Below are positions 28,260 to 37,154 of a DNA stretch of 64,000 nt, one piece after another (within the stretch, counting starts at the first letter, position 1; each line of letters starts with the position of its first letter). The notes beneath the pieces were generated by a model, which was not told where the DNA came from, did not search any database, and saw nothing but the letters and a program-made list of their open reading frames with translations. Position numbers and translations under genes: made by a program. Source of the DNA: a virus; IMG/VR virus record IMGVR_UViG_3300038393_000909, positions 1-64,000 of that record; one strand, given 5' to 3'.

Positions 28260-28681
28260 CGGGGCCACGGAAATTTTGGTAAGTAATCAGCGATGGTGGT
28301 AAATTATGATGGTGTCGCGGAATACATTGGTAATGATTGCGCAAGTTGCGGAGGAGCAAAATCGCAGCAGATTAAACACACCTGTTCGGGTTGAGGCGGG
28401 CGAACTGTCCGCCAATCACGAGGGAGGGGTTGGGGTGAATGTTGGGATGGAAAAGAGCATCGAAACCCGCGCAGCGGATGCCCTGGATGCGATCTACGAG
28501 GAGACGATGAGCAAGCACGTCAACATCGCGAGTTGCAGGGATGCACGTCGCGCTATCATCGTCCAAGCTATTCGCGATGCGCTGGCAGATGTTGGGGTAA
28601 ATGTTGGGGTAAGTGCCCCGCAAGCATAGCCCGGAGCCTGATACTTCAGGCACTTAGCGAGCACTTTGCGCGGACGGGGCC
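28260..28681 (+). mobile_element. mini integrative element E3 (duplicated 7-mer CGGGGCC)
   Basis: 7-mer at 28260-28266 and 28675-28681; arm pairs at 28429/28441 and 28591/28603; IHF-like box at 28642-28659. Confidence 0.75.
28306..28629 (+). CDS. E3 cargo ORF
   Basis: Arm repeats are read as VGVNVG twice. Confidence 0.55.
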   Translation: MMVSRNTLVMIAQVAEEQNRSRLNTPVRVEAGELSANHEGGVGVNVGMEKSIETRAADALDAIYEETMSKHVNIASCRDARRAIIVQAIRDALADVGVNVGVSAPQA

Positions 28682-28704
28682 TCCGAAATACTAGGGAGAG
28701 AGCA

Positions 28705-28920
28705 ATGCAGTGGACCGTATGGGACGAAGACGACGTTGACGGCGATCCGCGGTGTGACCCGCTCGCCCGCGCCTGCAAAGAATGGTTCATCGGCATCTGG
28801 CCCGCCGACAAAGACGAGCCGCTAGTTCGGATCTGTGTCGGCGGCCGGGATGGCGAACACACCGCCCATCACCTCGCGGACAGCTTGAACGACGCGAAGG
28901 CATTCCCGCCGGCAGTATGA
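28705..28920 (+). CDS. hypothetical cassette gene X4
   Basis: GGGAG RBS; stop codon overlaps empty site S4. Confidence 0.65.
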   Translation: MQWTVWDEDDVDGDPRCDPLARACKEWFIGIWPADKDEPLVRICVGGRDGEHTAHHLADSLNDAKAFPPAV

Positions 28921-28939
28921 CGGACAAGGGTTCCGCCAT
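28917..28939. other. empty att-like core site S4
   Basis: ATGACGGA-caagggt-TCCGCCAT (7/8 inverted repeat around a 7-bp spacer). Confidence 0.7.
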
Positions 28940-29000
28940 CAGGTGGATGGTGCCATGAATAGGTGATCCGCGGCTTGACGCTGCGGAACTCCCGTGGCAT

Positions 29001-29020
29001 CGTTTGCATTAATTCGAACG
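29001..29020 (+). promoter_or_regulatory. consensus copy of the genome-wide 20-bp motif CGTTTGCATTAATTCGAACG
   Basis: Exact reverse complement at 47641-47660; about 15 degenerate copies elsewhere. Confidence 0.8.
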
Positions 29021-29281
29021 AGGCGATCATGTCGGAAGCGGACGAGTTCACACGCGTCGCACTGGAGGTGATCGAGCTGTTCCCATCAACACCGGACGAG
29101 CTGCGTGAGTGGTTCATGCTCGAGGTCGGGACGCATCGGAAGCCAGGGCGTGCCCAGCTCGAGTATGGGCTGAAACCGATTCAGGTCTACCGACTTGAAC
29201 AGGCATGCCGCCGCAAGGTCGAAGAGTATGACGCATGGTCCGCCATGCTCGACCGCGCATTCGCATAGGAGAAAGCCAGCC

Positions 29282-29737
29282 ATGAGTAGCGAGTGCCCTC
29301 CCCTGATGCTGAGCGTGATGCCCAACGGCCTGCTCAAGCCGCTCAACCGCTTCGACCAGGAGCACATCTCCAGCCGTTACGCCGTCGGCTCCCGCGTTCG
29401 CGCCAAGATCACCCAGCCGCGCTCTGTTCCCCGCCACAGGCTGTACTGGTCCGTGCTCGCCGAGGTGGTGACCGCCACGGGCGACAGGTGGTGCGACGTC
29501 GAGGACCTGCACGAGTCGGTCAAGATCCGGCTTCGCATGCTGCGCGGTGTCTCGATGCTCGGTGGTGGCGTTCGCTACGTCACCCAGTCAATCAGCTTCG
29601 AATCGATGGACGAGGGGCAGTTCAAGACCTTCTTCGACAAGGCCATGGCCGTGATCACCGAGGACACCGGCATCGACACGCAGGCGATCCTCAAGGAACT
29701 AACGTCTAAGAGTGAGACCCGTGAAGCAGTCGCATAA
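29282..29737 (+). CDS. DUF1367/NinB-like recombination-associated protein
   Basis: PRSVPRHRLYW, SISFESMDEGQFKTFF. Confidence 0.7.
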   Translation: MSSECPPLMLSVMPNGLLKPLNRFDQEHISSRYAVGSRVRAKITQPRSVPRHRLYWSVLAEVVTATGDRWCDVEDLHESVKIRLRMLRGVSMLGGGVRYVTQSISFESMDEGQFKTFFDKAMAVITEDTGIDTQAILKELTSKSETREAVA

Positions 29738-30042
29738 GAACCACGCGCAGCGCAACCCAATGCACTTCAAGGCTGCCATGATACGGGCGGCCTTCGTCGT
29801 CAGGACAGACGCGCGCATGATCGGCCTGCCCAAGGTCCGTGAGCCGGTGATCGAGGCTGCGGCCCTGAGGGCGATCGGCATCGACGAGGCGACCATCGAG
29901 GCGCGCCACTACAACAAGCTCTACAAGGATAGCCAGGACGTGGTGTTCGAGGTGTTCGAGCGCGCGATCTCCGAGGCACGCGAGGAAATTTCTGCGTTGC
30001 CGCCTATCCGTTTCGCTTGACGGTCCATTCGAATTAATTGTA

Positions 30043-30540
30043 ATGAATGAGCAGCCACAGAGCAGCGCACCGCCAGTCGGGTTTCGGAAAGCGATCCCCA
30101 CCAAGGTAAAGCTGCAGGTCGTTTTGCGTCAGGGTGGCATCTGCAAATCATGCGGACAACGGATCGAAGAGGTTGAGAACTGTCGATTCGACCATGTCCC
30201 TGCGATTCAGCTTAGAGCCTGGGATCCTATCGCAAACGATACCACGCCGAGCGTAAACAACCCGGATTTTATCAACGCTCTTCACGAAGATTGCCACGCG
30301 ATCAAGACAACTGGCCGCCGCGGTGAGAGCCGTCTGAGTGCCCGAGACGGAGACGTCGCCGCCATCGCCAAGGTGCGGCGCCTGACCCGGAAACAGGAAG
30401 CCTACCGTCAGCGCCTGCTGGCCAAGGACGATCCTGACGCCGAGGAACCAGAGACCAAGGCGAAGCCGAAGTACCGGTGGCCGAAGAGAAGTTTCAGTTC
30501 GAACCGCAAGAAGGCCGAGGCGCGGCCTGAGGAAGGATAG
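30043..30540 (+). CDS. HNH endonuclease
   Basis: RQGGICKSCG, FDHVP, NNPDFINALHEDCHAIKT. Confidence 0.8.
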   Translation: MNEQPQSSAPPVGFRKAIPTKVKLQVVLRQGGICKSCGQRIEEVENCRFDHVPAIQLRAWDPIANDTTPSVNNPDFINALHEDCHAIKTTGRRGESRLSARDGDVAAIAKVRRLTRKQEAYRQRLLAKDDPDAEEPETKAKPKYRWPKRSFSSNRKKAEARPEEG

Positions 30541-31275
30541 ATGTTCGATATCTTAGCCCCGCTTCGGCGACTTGGAATCCTGCCATCCAAACCTGCAGCG
30601 GAGGCCGAAGAGCCTGTGCCGTTCAGCGTCTCCTGGATGACGATCAACGAGATCATCGAAGGCACCGACATCACCAACGCGACCATGAACCTGCGACTGC
30701 GTCGCCTCGGTGCGACCCGGCGCAAGAGCGACGTCGTCAACTCCCGTGGTCTGCGGATGAACGAGTACGCCGTGACCCCTGCCATGTTGCGGGCTCTGCG
30801 TGGATCGACCGCCGAGTGGGCGAACCACCTCACCACCGTCGTCATCCCCCAGGACAAGCAGCAGGCCAGCCATGGTTAAGATCACGGCAAATCTCCGCAA
30901 CGCCCAGATCCACCGCCAGTTCAACGGCGACGAGTTCATCAGCGGCAACGTCTACGGCGATACCTACGATCGCTGGCCGGACGGCACGCGGATCAACACC
31001 AGCAAGATCATGGGACGTGATGGCGACGTGTTCAGCACCCGCCCCGGACACAACTACCGCGTCGAGAACTGGGTGAGCACCGATGTCGTGGCCTGAAGCA
31101 TTCGCAATCGCGGCAGTCAACGTCTGCCTCGTTGGTATGATCTGGGCATTAGGCCGATGATCGCAGAGATATCCGAGGCTGCAGTCGCTGTTGGCCTCTA
31201 CCTCTTCGTGACATTCGTCGCACTTCGCGTCGGCCGCGCCCGATTCGCATAACACCTAACACTATAAGAGCTATC

Positions 31276-33429
31276 ATGCTGATCCCCCCTGGAACAAAGC
31301 CTGTCAAGTTCACGCTTACGAAGAAGTATCGTGACGAACTTCTCAGCCGTACCGTTGGCTGGAACATTCCCGGCCTGTCCGAATTTACTTTCATCCGTAC
31401 TTACTCGCGCCGCAAGGAGAACGGCAAGCTTGAGTCCTGGAACGAGTGCGTGATCCGGGTCATCGAGGGGATGTTCACCATCCTCAAGACCCACGCCAAG
31501 CTCAACCTGACCCCCTGGGATGACAAGCGCGGTCAGAAGCTCGCCCAAGAGGCGGCCGATCGGATGTTCGTCTTCAAATGGCTGCCGCCGGGCCGCGGAC
31601 TCTGGATGATGGGCACGGACTTCATCTGGGAGAAGGGCGCTGCCGCACTGAACAATTGCGGGTTCGTGAGCACGGACGCGATGGGGGCCTCTGTCGAAGA
31701 GACTGTGCGTCCGTTCACGTTCCTCATGGACATGAGCATGCTCGGTGTCGGTGTCGGATTCGATACCAAGGGCGCCAAGAACGGGATTCGCGTTCTCGGC
31801 TTCAGCGATGACGTCGAGACCTACGTGGTCGAGGATACCCGCGAGAGCTGGGTCGACCTGATCGGTACGACCATCAAGCACGCGATCTACGGTCTGCCCC
31901 GCATCGTCCCGGATACCTACAAGGTGCGCGGCCCCGGTCAGCCGATCCGTGGCTTTGGCGGCGTGTCCTCTGGTCCTGGTCCGCTACTCGAGTGCGCTAA
32001 GGCTGTCGCTGCCATCCTAGAGGCTCGCCGTGGCCAGGATCTGACCACAACCGACATCGTCGACATCCAGAACCTGATTGGCAAGTGCGTCGTCGCAGGC
32101 AACGTGCGCCGTACGGCCGAGATCGCCTTCTCGGATCCCGACGACGAGGCCTTCTTCCAGATGAAGAACTGGTCGACCGCTCCGGTCGAGACCGGTGGCC
32201 GCGCGCCCGACGAGCTGAGGCTGATCTCGGAAGAGGACTACGACGCCTACAACGCCAACCTCTGGAACACGACCAACGGCATCGCCAAGGCGATCGTCGA
32301 GAAGTACCAGGATGAGGACTGGGCGTGGAAGTTCGGTGGCTGGCGCTGGGCATCGAACAACTCGATGTTCGCTACCGTCGGACAGGACTACAAGCCTTAC
32401 GAGGCTTCGATCAAGGAAGCAGGCGAGCCTGGGTTCGCGTGGCTCGATCTCATGCGTTCCCATGGCCGGCTGAAAGATCCTGCCAACAACAAGGACTACC
32501 GCGTCAAGGGCGGCAACCCGTGTCTCGAGCAGTCGCTGGAGAGCTATGAGCTGTGCTGCCTCGTCGAGACGTTCCCGTCCTACCATGAGGATTACTGGGA
32601 CTATCAGCGCTCTCTGAAGTTCGCCTACCTGTACGCCAAGACCGTTACCCTGATGGGTACGCATGACGAGCGTACCAACGCAGTGATGATCCGCAACCGG
32701 CGCATCGGCTGCTCGATGTCCGGCATCGCGGACGCCATCGCTAAGTTCGGCCGCACTCGTTACATGCGAGAGTTCTGTGACCGAGGCTACGAGTACATCT
32801 GCTACGTCGACAAGAAGTACAGCGAGTGGATGGGCGTCCCGGAGTCGATCAAGAAGACGTCGATCAAGCCGTCCGGTACCACATCTCTCGTGGCTGGTGT
32901 CTTCGGTCCTGGTCTGCACTTCGCGAAGATGGCGACGGGCTACCGTCTGATCCGAGTCGCTGCCAATAGCGAACTACTACCGATCCTTGAGGCTGCCGGC
33001 TTCCGCGTCGAGCCGTCTGCTACAGACCCGATTCGTACCGCCGTGGTCTACTTCCCCTGGCTCACGCCCGAAGGGATCGTGACTGAGGACGAGGCGACCA
33101 TCTGGGAGAAATTCAAGATGGCTGCCGATTTGCAATACTGGTGGGCTGACAACCAGACGTCGTGCACCGTCGAGTTCTCGAGGGAGGAAGCCGATCGCGG
33201 TGAGATCGCGCGGTGCCTGGAAGCCTTTGACGGTCAGCTGAAGGGTATCTCCCTGCTCCCGTCCTCGAGCGGTGGTGCGTACCTGCAGATGCCGTTCACG
33301 CCTGCGCCCAGGGCGGAGATCGAGCAGTACGTCACGCAGCTTCTGCCTCTGGACTTCTCGAGCCTGACACAAGAGGGCGAAGGAGCGGATGCAAACAAGT
33401 TCTGTGACTCCAGCTCGTGTGTGATCTAA
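31276..33429 (+). CDS. nrdJ: class II (B12-dependent) ribonucleotide reductase
   Basis: PPGRGLW, LNNC, GNVRRTA, GGNPCLEQSL..YELCCL, IKPSGT, C-terminal FCDSSSC. Confidence 0.92.
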   Translation: MLIPPGTKPVKFTLTKKYRDELLSRTVGWNIPGLSEFTFIRTYSRRKENGKLESWNECVIRVIEGMFTILKTHAKLNLTPWDDKRGQKLAQEAADRMFVFKWLPPGRGLWMMGTDFIWEKGAAALNNCGFVSTDAMGASVEETVRPFTFLMDMSMLGVGVGFDTKGAKNGIRVLGFSDDVETYVVEDTRESWVDLIGTTIKHAIYGLPRIVPDTYKVRGPGQPIRGFGGVSSGPGPLLECAKAVAAILEARRGQDLTTTDIVDIQNLIGKCVVAGNVRRTAEIAFSDPDDEAFFQMKNWSTAPVETGGRAPDELRLISEEDYDAYNANLWNTTNGIAKAIVEKYQDEDWAWKFGGWRWASNNSMFATVGQDYKPYEASIKEAGEPGFAWLDLMRSHGRLKDPANNKDYRVKGGNPCLEQSLESYELCCLVETFPSYHEDYWDYQRSLKFAYLYAKTVTLMGTHDERTNAVMIRNRRIGCSMSGIADAIAKFGRTRYMREFCDRGYEYICYVDKKYSEWMGVPESIKKTSIKPSGTTSLVAGVFGPGLHFAKMATGYRLIRVAANSELLPILEAAGFRVEPSATDPIRTAVVYFPWLTPEGIVTEDEATIWEKFKMAADLQYWWADNQTSCTVEFSREEADRGEIARCLEAFDGQLKGISLLPSSSGGAYLQMPFTPAPRAEIEQYVTQLLPLDFSSLTQEGEGADANKFCDSSSCVI

Positions 33430-33990
33430 TGGTTGCTAGAATCGACCTTGCCGGCAATCGATATGGAATGCTGCAAGTAATTGATCAAGCGCCAACCAGC
33501 AGAGGATCCACAATGTGGAATGTCATCTGCGATTGCGGGAAGAAGGGAGTCGCTTATGGCTCCCACCTTGTCCGTGGGAATACAAAATCCTGCGGATGCG
33601 GCATGGGAAAAGGCCGGAAACGCGAGTCGATTCTGGTCTGGATGTGGTGGACTAAGCGGCGCAAAATGGGCGGTTATTAGGAACAGGTACAAATACCGTA
33701 AGTCTAGATCATTCCATGACTTCGATATCACCGTCGAATATGCATGGGCTCTTTATGAGAAGCAGGGTGGTAAGTGCGCCCTTACTGGTCTGCCAATCGA
33801 GTTGGGTCACAAGCAGACAGATCCATCCACCGCATCTCTTGATCGTATCAACTCGAAGATCGGCTACGTCGAGGGCAACGTCCAGTGGATACACAAGGAC
33901 ATTAATAAGATGAAGAACATATTCGATCAGGATTACTTCATCGAGATGTGTAAGCGCGTCGCTGATCATTCTGCAGGCTGTCAGCTCTGA
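33429..33990 (+). pseudogene. frameshifted HNH homing endonuclease
   Basis: N-terminal part (WNVICDCG..TKSCGC) in the frame of 33429; C-terminal part (QGGKCALTG, ASLDRINS..GYVEGNVQW) in the +1 frame; junction near 33605-33620. Confidence 0.7.
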
Positions 33991-34419
33991 GGTGCTCGAC
34001 CTCGCCTACATCGCTTCCGTGTCGGTCATCCTAGTGATGGCCGGCGCGGTCCTACACACCGAGTACACCCTCAAACACAACCAGCCAGGGAGGAAGCTAT
34101 GAACATGAACAAGCCGACTGAAGTGATGCCGACGCTCGCCGAGGCCATGGCGCATTTCACCGCCGTGGGCCCGCTCATGACTGAGCGCGTGTCGTCCCAG
34201 GCCGAGTTCGAGGAAGCCATCGGGCGCCACTGGATCGAGGGCCGCCGGCTTGTGGACGTGAACACCGCCGGGCTGCCGGCCGGGTACTATCGTATCGTGT
34301 TCGGGCCCTATAACGCCTTCAAGGCCTGAGCCGCTCGAGCCCAATCGATCGGAGAATTCGAATGGCCGGGCTTGCTGCGCTCGGCCGTTTGCATTAATGA
34401 GAACGAAGCGGAGGACGCG

Positions 34420-34878
34420 ATGCTCATCGAATTCAAACACCTCACCGAGACCAGCCGGGCGCCGACCAGGGCTACTGAGGGCGCTGCAGGTTTCGATCTC
34501 TACGCCGACCTGATGCAGCACGGCCAGAGCGAGGCCGTCATCGAAGCCGGATTCCGCGGCTTGGTTCAGACAGGTATCGCGATTGCCCTACCGAAGGGCT
34601 ATGTCGGAATGGTTTGCCCGCGCTCGGGCCTAGCGCTCAAGCACGGCATCACCGTCCTCAATGCCCCCGGCATCATCGACAGAGATTATCGCGGCGACGT
34701 CGGTGTCATCCTGCACAATGCAAGCCCGAACCCGTTCGTGCTCAAGCACGGCGACCGCATCGCCCAGCTGGTTCTTGGCATCATCCCGTACGAGCCTGTC
34801 CTATCGTCTGTGGATGACCTAGACGCGACGGCGCGCGGCGCTGGAGGGTTTGGTAGCACCGGAATGGGTGCGAACTGA
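34420..34878 (+). CDS. dut: dUTPase
   Basis: AAGFDL, PRSGLA, PGIIDRDYRGD, RGAGGFGSTG. Confidence 0.95.
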   Translation: MLIEFKHLTETSRAPTRATEGAAGFDLYADLMQHGQSEAVIEAGFRGLVQTGIAIALPKGYVGMVCPRSGLALKHGITVLNAPGIIDRDYRGDVGVILHNASPNPFVLKHGDRIAQLVLGIIPYEPVLSSVDDLDATARGAGGFGSTGMGAN

Positions 34879-35438
34879 TGGGCCTGGGATCAGCCATGGC
34901 TGGGGGCAATCCCCAGGACGAGCGGCAGGCGAATGACTTTTATGCCACGCCGCCTAGCGTGACCGTAGCACTACTGCAGCAGGAGGAATTCGGACCCAAG
35001 ATCCACGAATGCGCGTGCGGAAACGGAGCCATGTCTATGGTCCTCCAGCTGGCCGGCTACGAGGTGGTCTCGACTGATATCCGCCCGCTCGGGTTCGGCT
35101 CAAAGCAGGATTTCCTCACGCTCGAGAAGCCCTTAGCAGATACGGTGATCACCAACCCGCCCTTCTCGAAGGCTGCGGCGTTCATCGAGCATGGTCTCGG
35201 TACGCTCAAGCTTCGAAAAATGGCTCTTGTGTTGAAGAGCACGTACTGGCATGCAGCCGGGCGCCGCAATTTATTCGAACGGTTCACCCCGTCCGCGGTT
35301 TACCCTCTGCTATGGCGACCCGACTTCCTCTCGAAGGGGCGGCCAACCATGGAGATCATGTGGTGTGTGTGGGACGCGGCGCATACCGGCGCCACGATCT
35401 ACAGGCCCCTCCCGCATCCCGACAAGGTGAAGCCATGA
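34878..35438 (+). CDS. N6-adenine/N4-cytosine DNA methyltransferase-like protein
   Basis: DFYATP, ECACGNGA, ITNPPF. Confidence 0.8.
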   Translation: MGLGSAMAGGNPQDERQANDFYATPPSVTVALLQQEEFGPKIHECACGNGAMSMVLQLAGYEVVSTDIRPLGFGSKQDFLTLEKPLADTVITNPPFSKAAAFIEHGLGTLKLRKMALVLKSTYWHAAGRRNLFERFTPSAVYPLLWRPDFLSKGRPTMEIMWCVWDAAHTGATIYRPLPHPDKVKP

Positions 35439-35562
35439 CCGCTGCGATTGCACTCATCTCCGCTTCTATCGGTGGCAGCCTCGGCGCCCTGACCATGGCT
35501 CTGATCATCGGCGGTGGTCAGCGCAAATCGAATTCGAACGACTAGCCGATCGAGGGGGTCCG

Positions 35563-35937
35563 ATGCCGTTTGCCAAGCGTGAGGGTACCGACAGGAATGT
35601 CCGCGAACCCTACACCGAGGAAGAGATCCTCAAGGCGATCGACATGAAGTATCGCCTGAAGCTTACGTGGCCGATGATTGCAGATCGCCTGGGTCGATCA
35701 CCGGCCTCGCTTGCCGTTTATACATCCCAGTATCGCAAGGGGAAGCTGACCTTCGGCCGCCACAAGTCGCGCCTGATCTATGAGGAAGTTGCTCAGGCTC
35801 TGATCGACGGAGCGAAGATGCAGGACTGCGTGGTCCAGTTTGGCGTCAAGCGCACGACCCTTGTCATGGGTCTCAGGCGCTACGGCTGGGATCAGGAGAC
35901 GATCGAGGAAGCTCGTCAGTACAGGAAGGCAGCATGA
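35563..35937 (+). CDS. double-HTH DNA-binding protein
   Basis: WPMIADRLGRSPASL. Confidence 0.6.
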   Translation: MPFAKREGTDRNVREPYTEEEILKAIDMKYRLKLTWPMIADRLGRSPASLAVYTSQYRKGKLTFGRHKSRLIYEEVAQALIDGAKMQDCVVQFGVKRTTLVMGLRRYGWDQETIEEARQYRKAA

Positions 35938-36818
35938 CGACGATCACGGCCAAGGTTATCGAGCACTCGGTCTCACGCCACGGTATCGAACTAGCGACTC
36001 TGCAGCTCCGCTTCCCACGATTCGTGCTGGCAGAGTTCAACACGCACCGGGTTTTCTCGCGCAATGCTCGGTCGAGTCGAGCAGTGCCGGTCGAGCGTAT
36101 GATTCAGGAGATCGAGACCGACCCGGTGATCCCGCTCCACTGGGGTGCGAACCAGAAGGGCATGCAGGCCAGCCAGGAGTGTGATGCCGAGGTCGAGGCC
36201 TGGAACTACCTGGGTTGCCCATCCGGTCCGTTCTTGGAGGAAGTTACGAACCGTGAGGCTTGGCTTCTCGCTCGTGACTGGGCCGTCGACTCAGCAAAGG
36301 CATTTGCAAAAGCTGGCTACCACAAGCAGGTCGTGAACCGGCTGCTCGAGCCGTTCATGCACATTGACGTCCTGGTGTCGTCTACGAACTGGTCGAATTT
36401 CCTCGCACTGCGCGATCACCCGGACGCCGAGCCGCACATCGCCATCCTTGCCCGTGAGATCAGGGCGGCACTCGATGGCTCGACGCCCTGGCTGCTGCAG
36501 CCCGGCGACTGGCACCTCCCCTACATCTCGACCGAGGAGCGCAACGCTCACGACCTCGACACCCAGCGTAAGCTCTCTGTCGCTCGGTGCGCACGGATTT
36601 CCTACACGCCGTTCGATGGAAACGGATCGATCGATGCCGAGCTGGCCCGGTACGAGTCCCTAGTCGGGTCTGCGCCGATACACGCGTCTCCTTGCGAGCA
36701 TCAAGCAACGCCGGACTACCGTATTCCCTATGCACCGCACTGGAAGCATGCAGACCAGCACCGCAACTTTAGGGGCTGGCGACAATTTCGTGCCATGATT
36801 CCGTGCGATACTCTCTGA
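35934..36818 (+). CDS. thyX: FAD-dependent thymidylate synthase
   Basis: AEFNTHRVFSRNARSSRA, HKQVVNRLLEPF, SVARCARISY, HASPCEH. Confidence 0.9.
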   Translation: MTTITAKVIEHSVSRHGIELATLQLRFPRFVLAEFNTHRVFSRNARSSRAVPVERMIQEIETDPVIPLHWGANQKGMQASQECDAEVEAWNYLGCPSGPFLEEVTNREAWLLARDWAVDSAKAFAKAGYHKQVVNRLLEPFMHIDVLVSSTNWSNFLALRDHPDAEPHIAILAREIRAALDGSTPWLLQPGDWHLPYISTEERNAHDLDTQRKLSVARCARISYTPFDGNGSIDAELARYESLVGSAPIHASPCEHQATPDYRIPYAPHWKHADQHRNFRGWRQFRAMIPCDTL

Positions 36819-37154
36819 TGTACTGATCCGAGTTCTCAATGATCACCCTGACCAAGACCCAGCGCGAGAACGCTGACCAACTCAGAACCATCCTCGATCA
36901 GGTGATCAAGGGAAACCAAGCCACCACCATACCTGTCGAGGGTGGCATGGTCATGTACGATGTCGTGGTTGTGATGGATGCTCTGGCGCGTACCGTCGCG
37001 AACATCCTCGACATCTCATCCACCGAGGTGCGCCGCCAGCAACGGCTCAACTACTTTGAGAAGGTGCTCCTCGACACTCTGTATGCGAGCGACAAGAAGA
37101 ATCGACCAACTGATTCTACCTAGTCGTTTGCATTAATTGGAATAGGAACCCTCC

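Noticed and set aside
24105-28945. CRISPR array or classical integron attC cassettes
   Set aside because: The repeats are degenerate and separated by whole genes. There are no cas genes, no IntI, and no RYYYAAC...GTTRRRY attC hairpins.
29001-29020. CtrA box (TTAA-N7-TTAA) as the identity of the 20-bp motif
   Set aside because: Each copy has at most a single central TTAA.
33605-33611. Programmed -1 frameshift at G GGA AAA joining the HNH halves
   Set aside because: The -1 frame hits a stop after about 14 codons; the HNH half is in the +1 frame.
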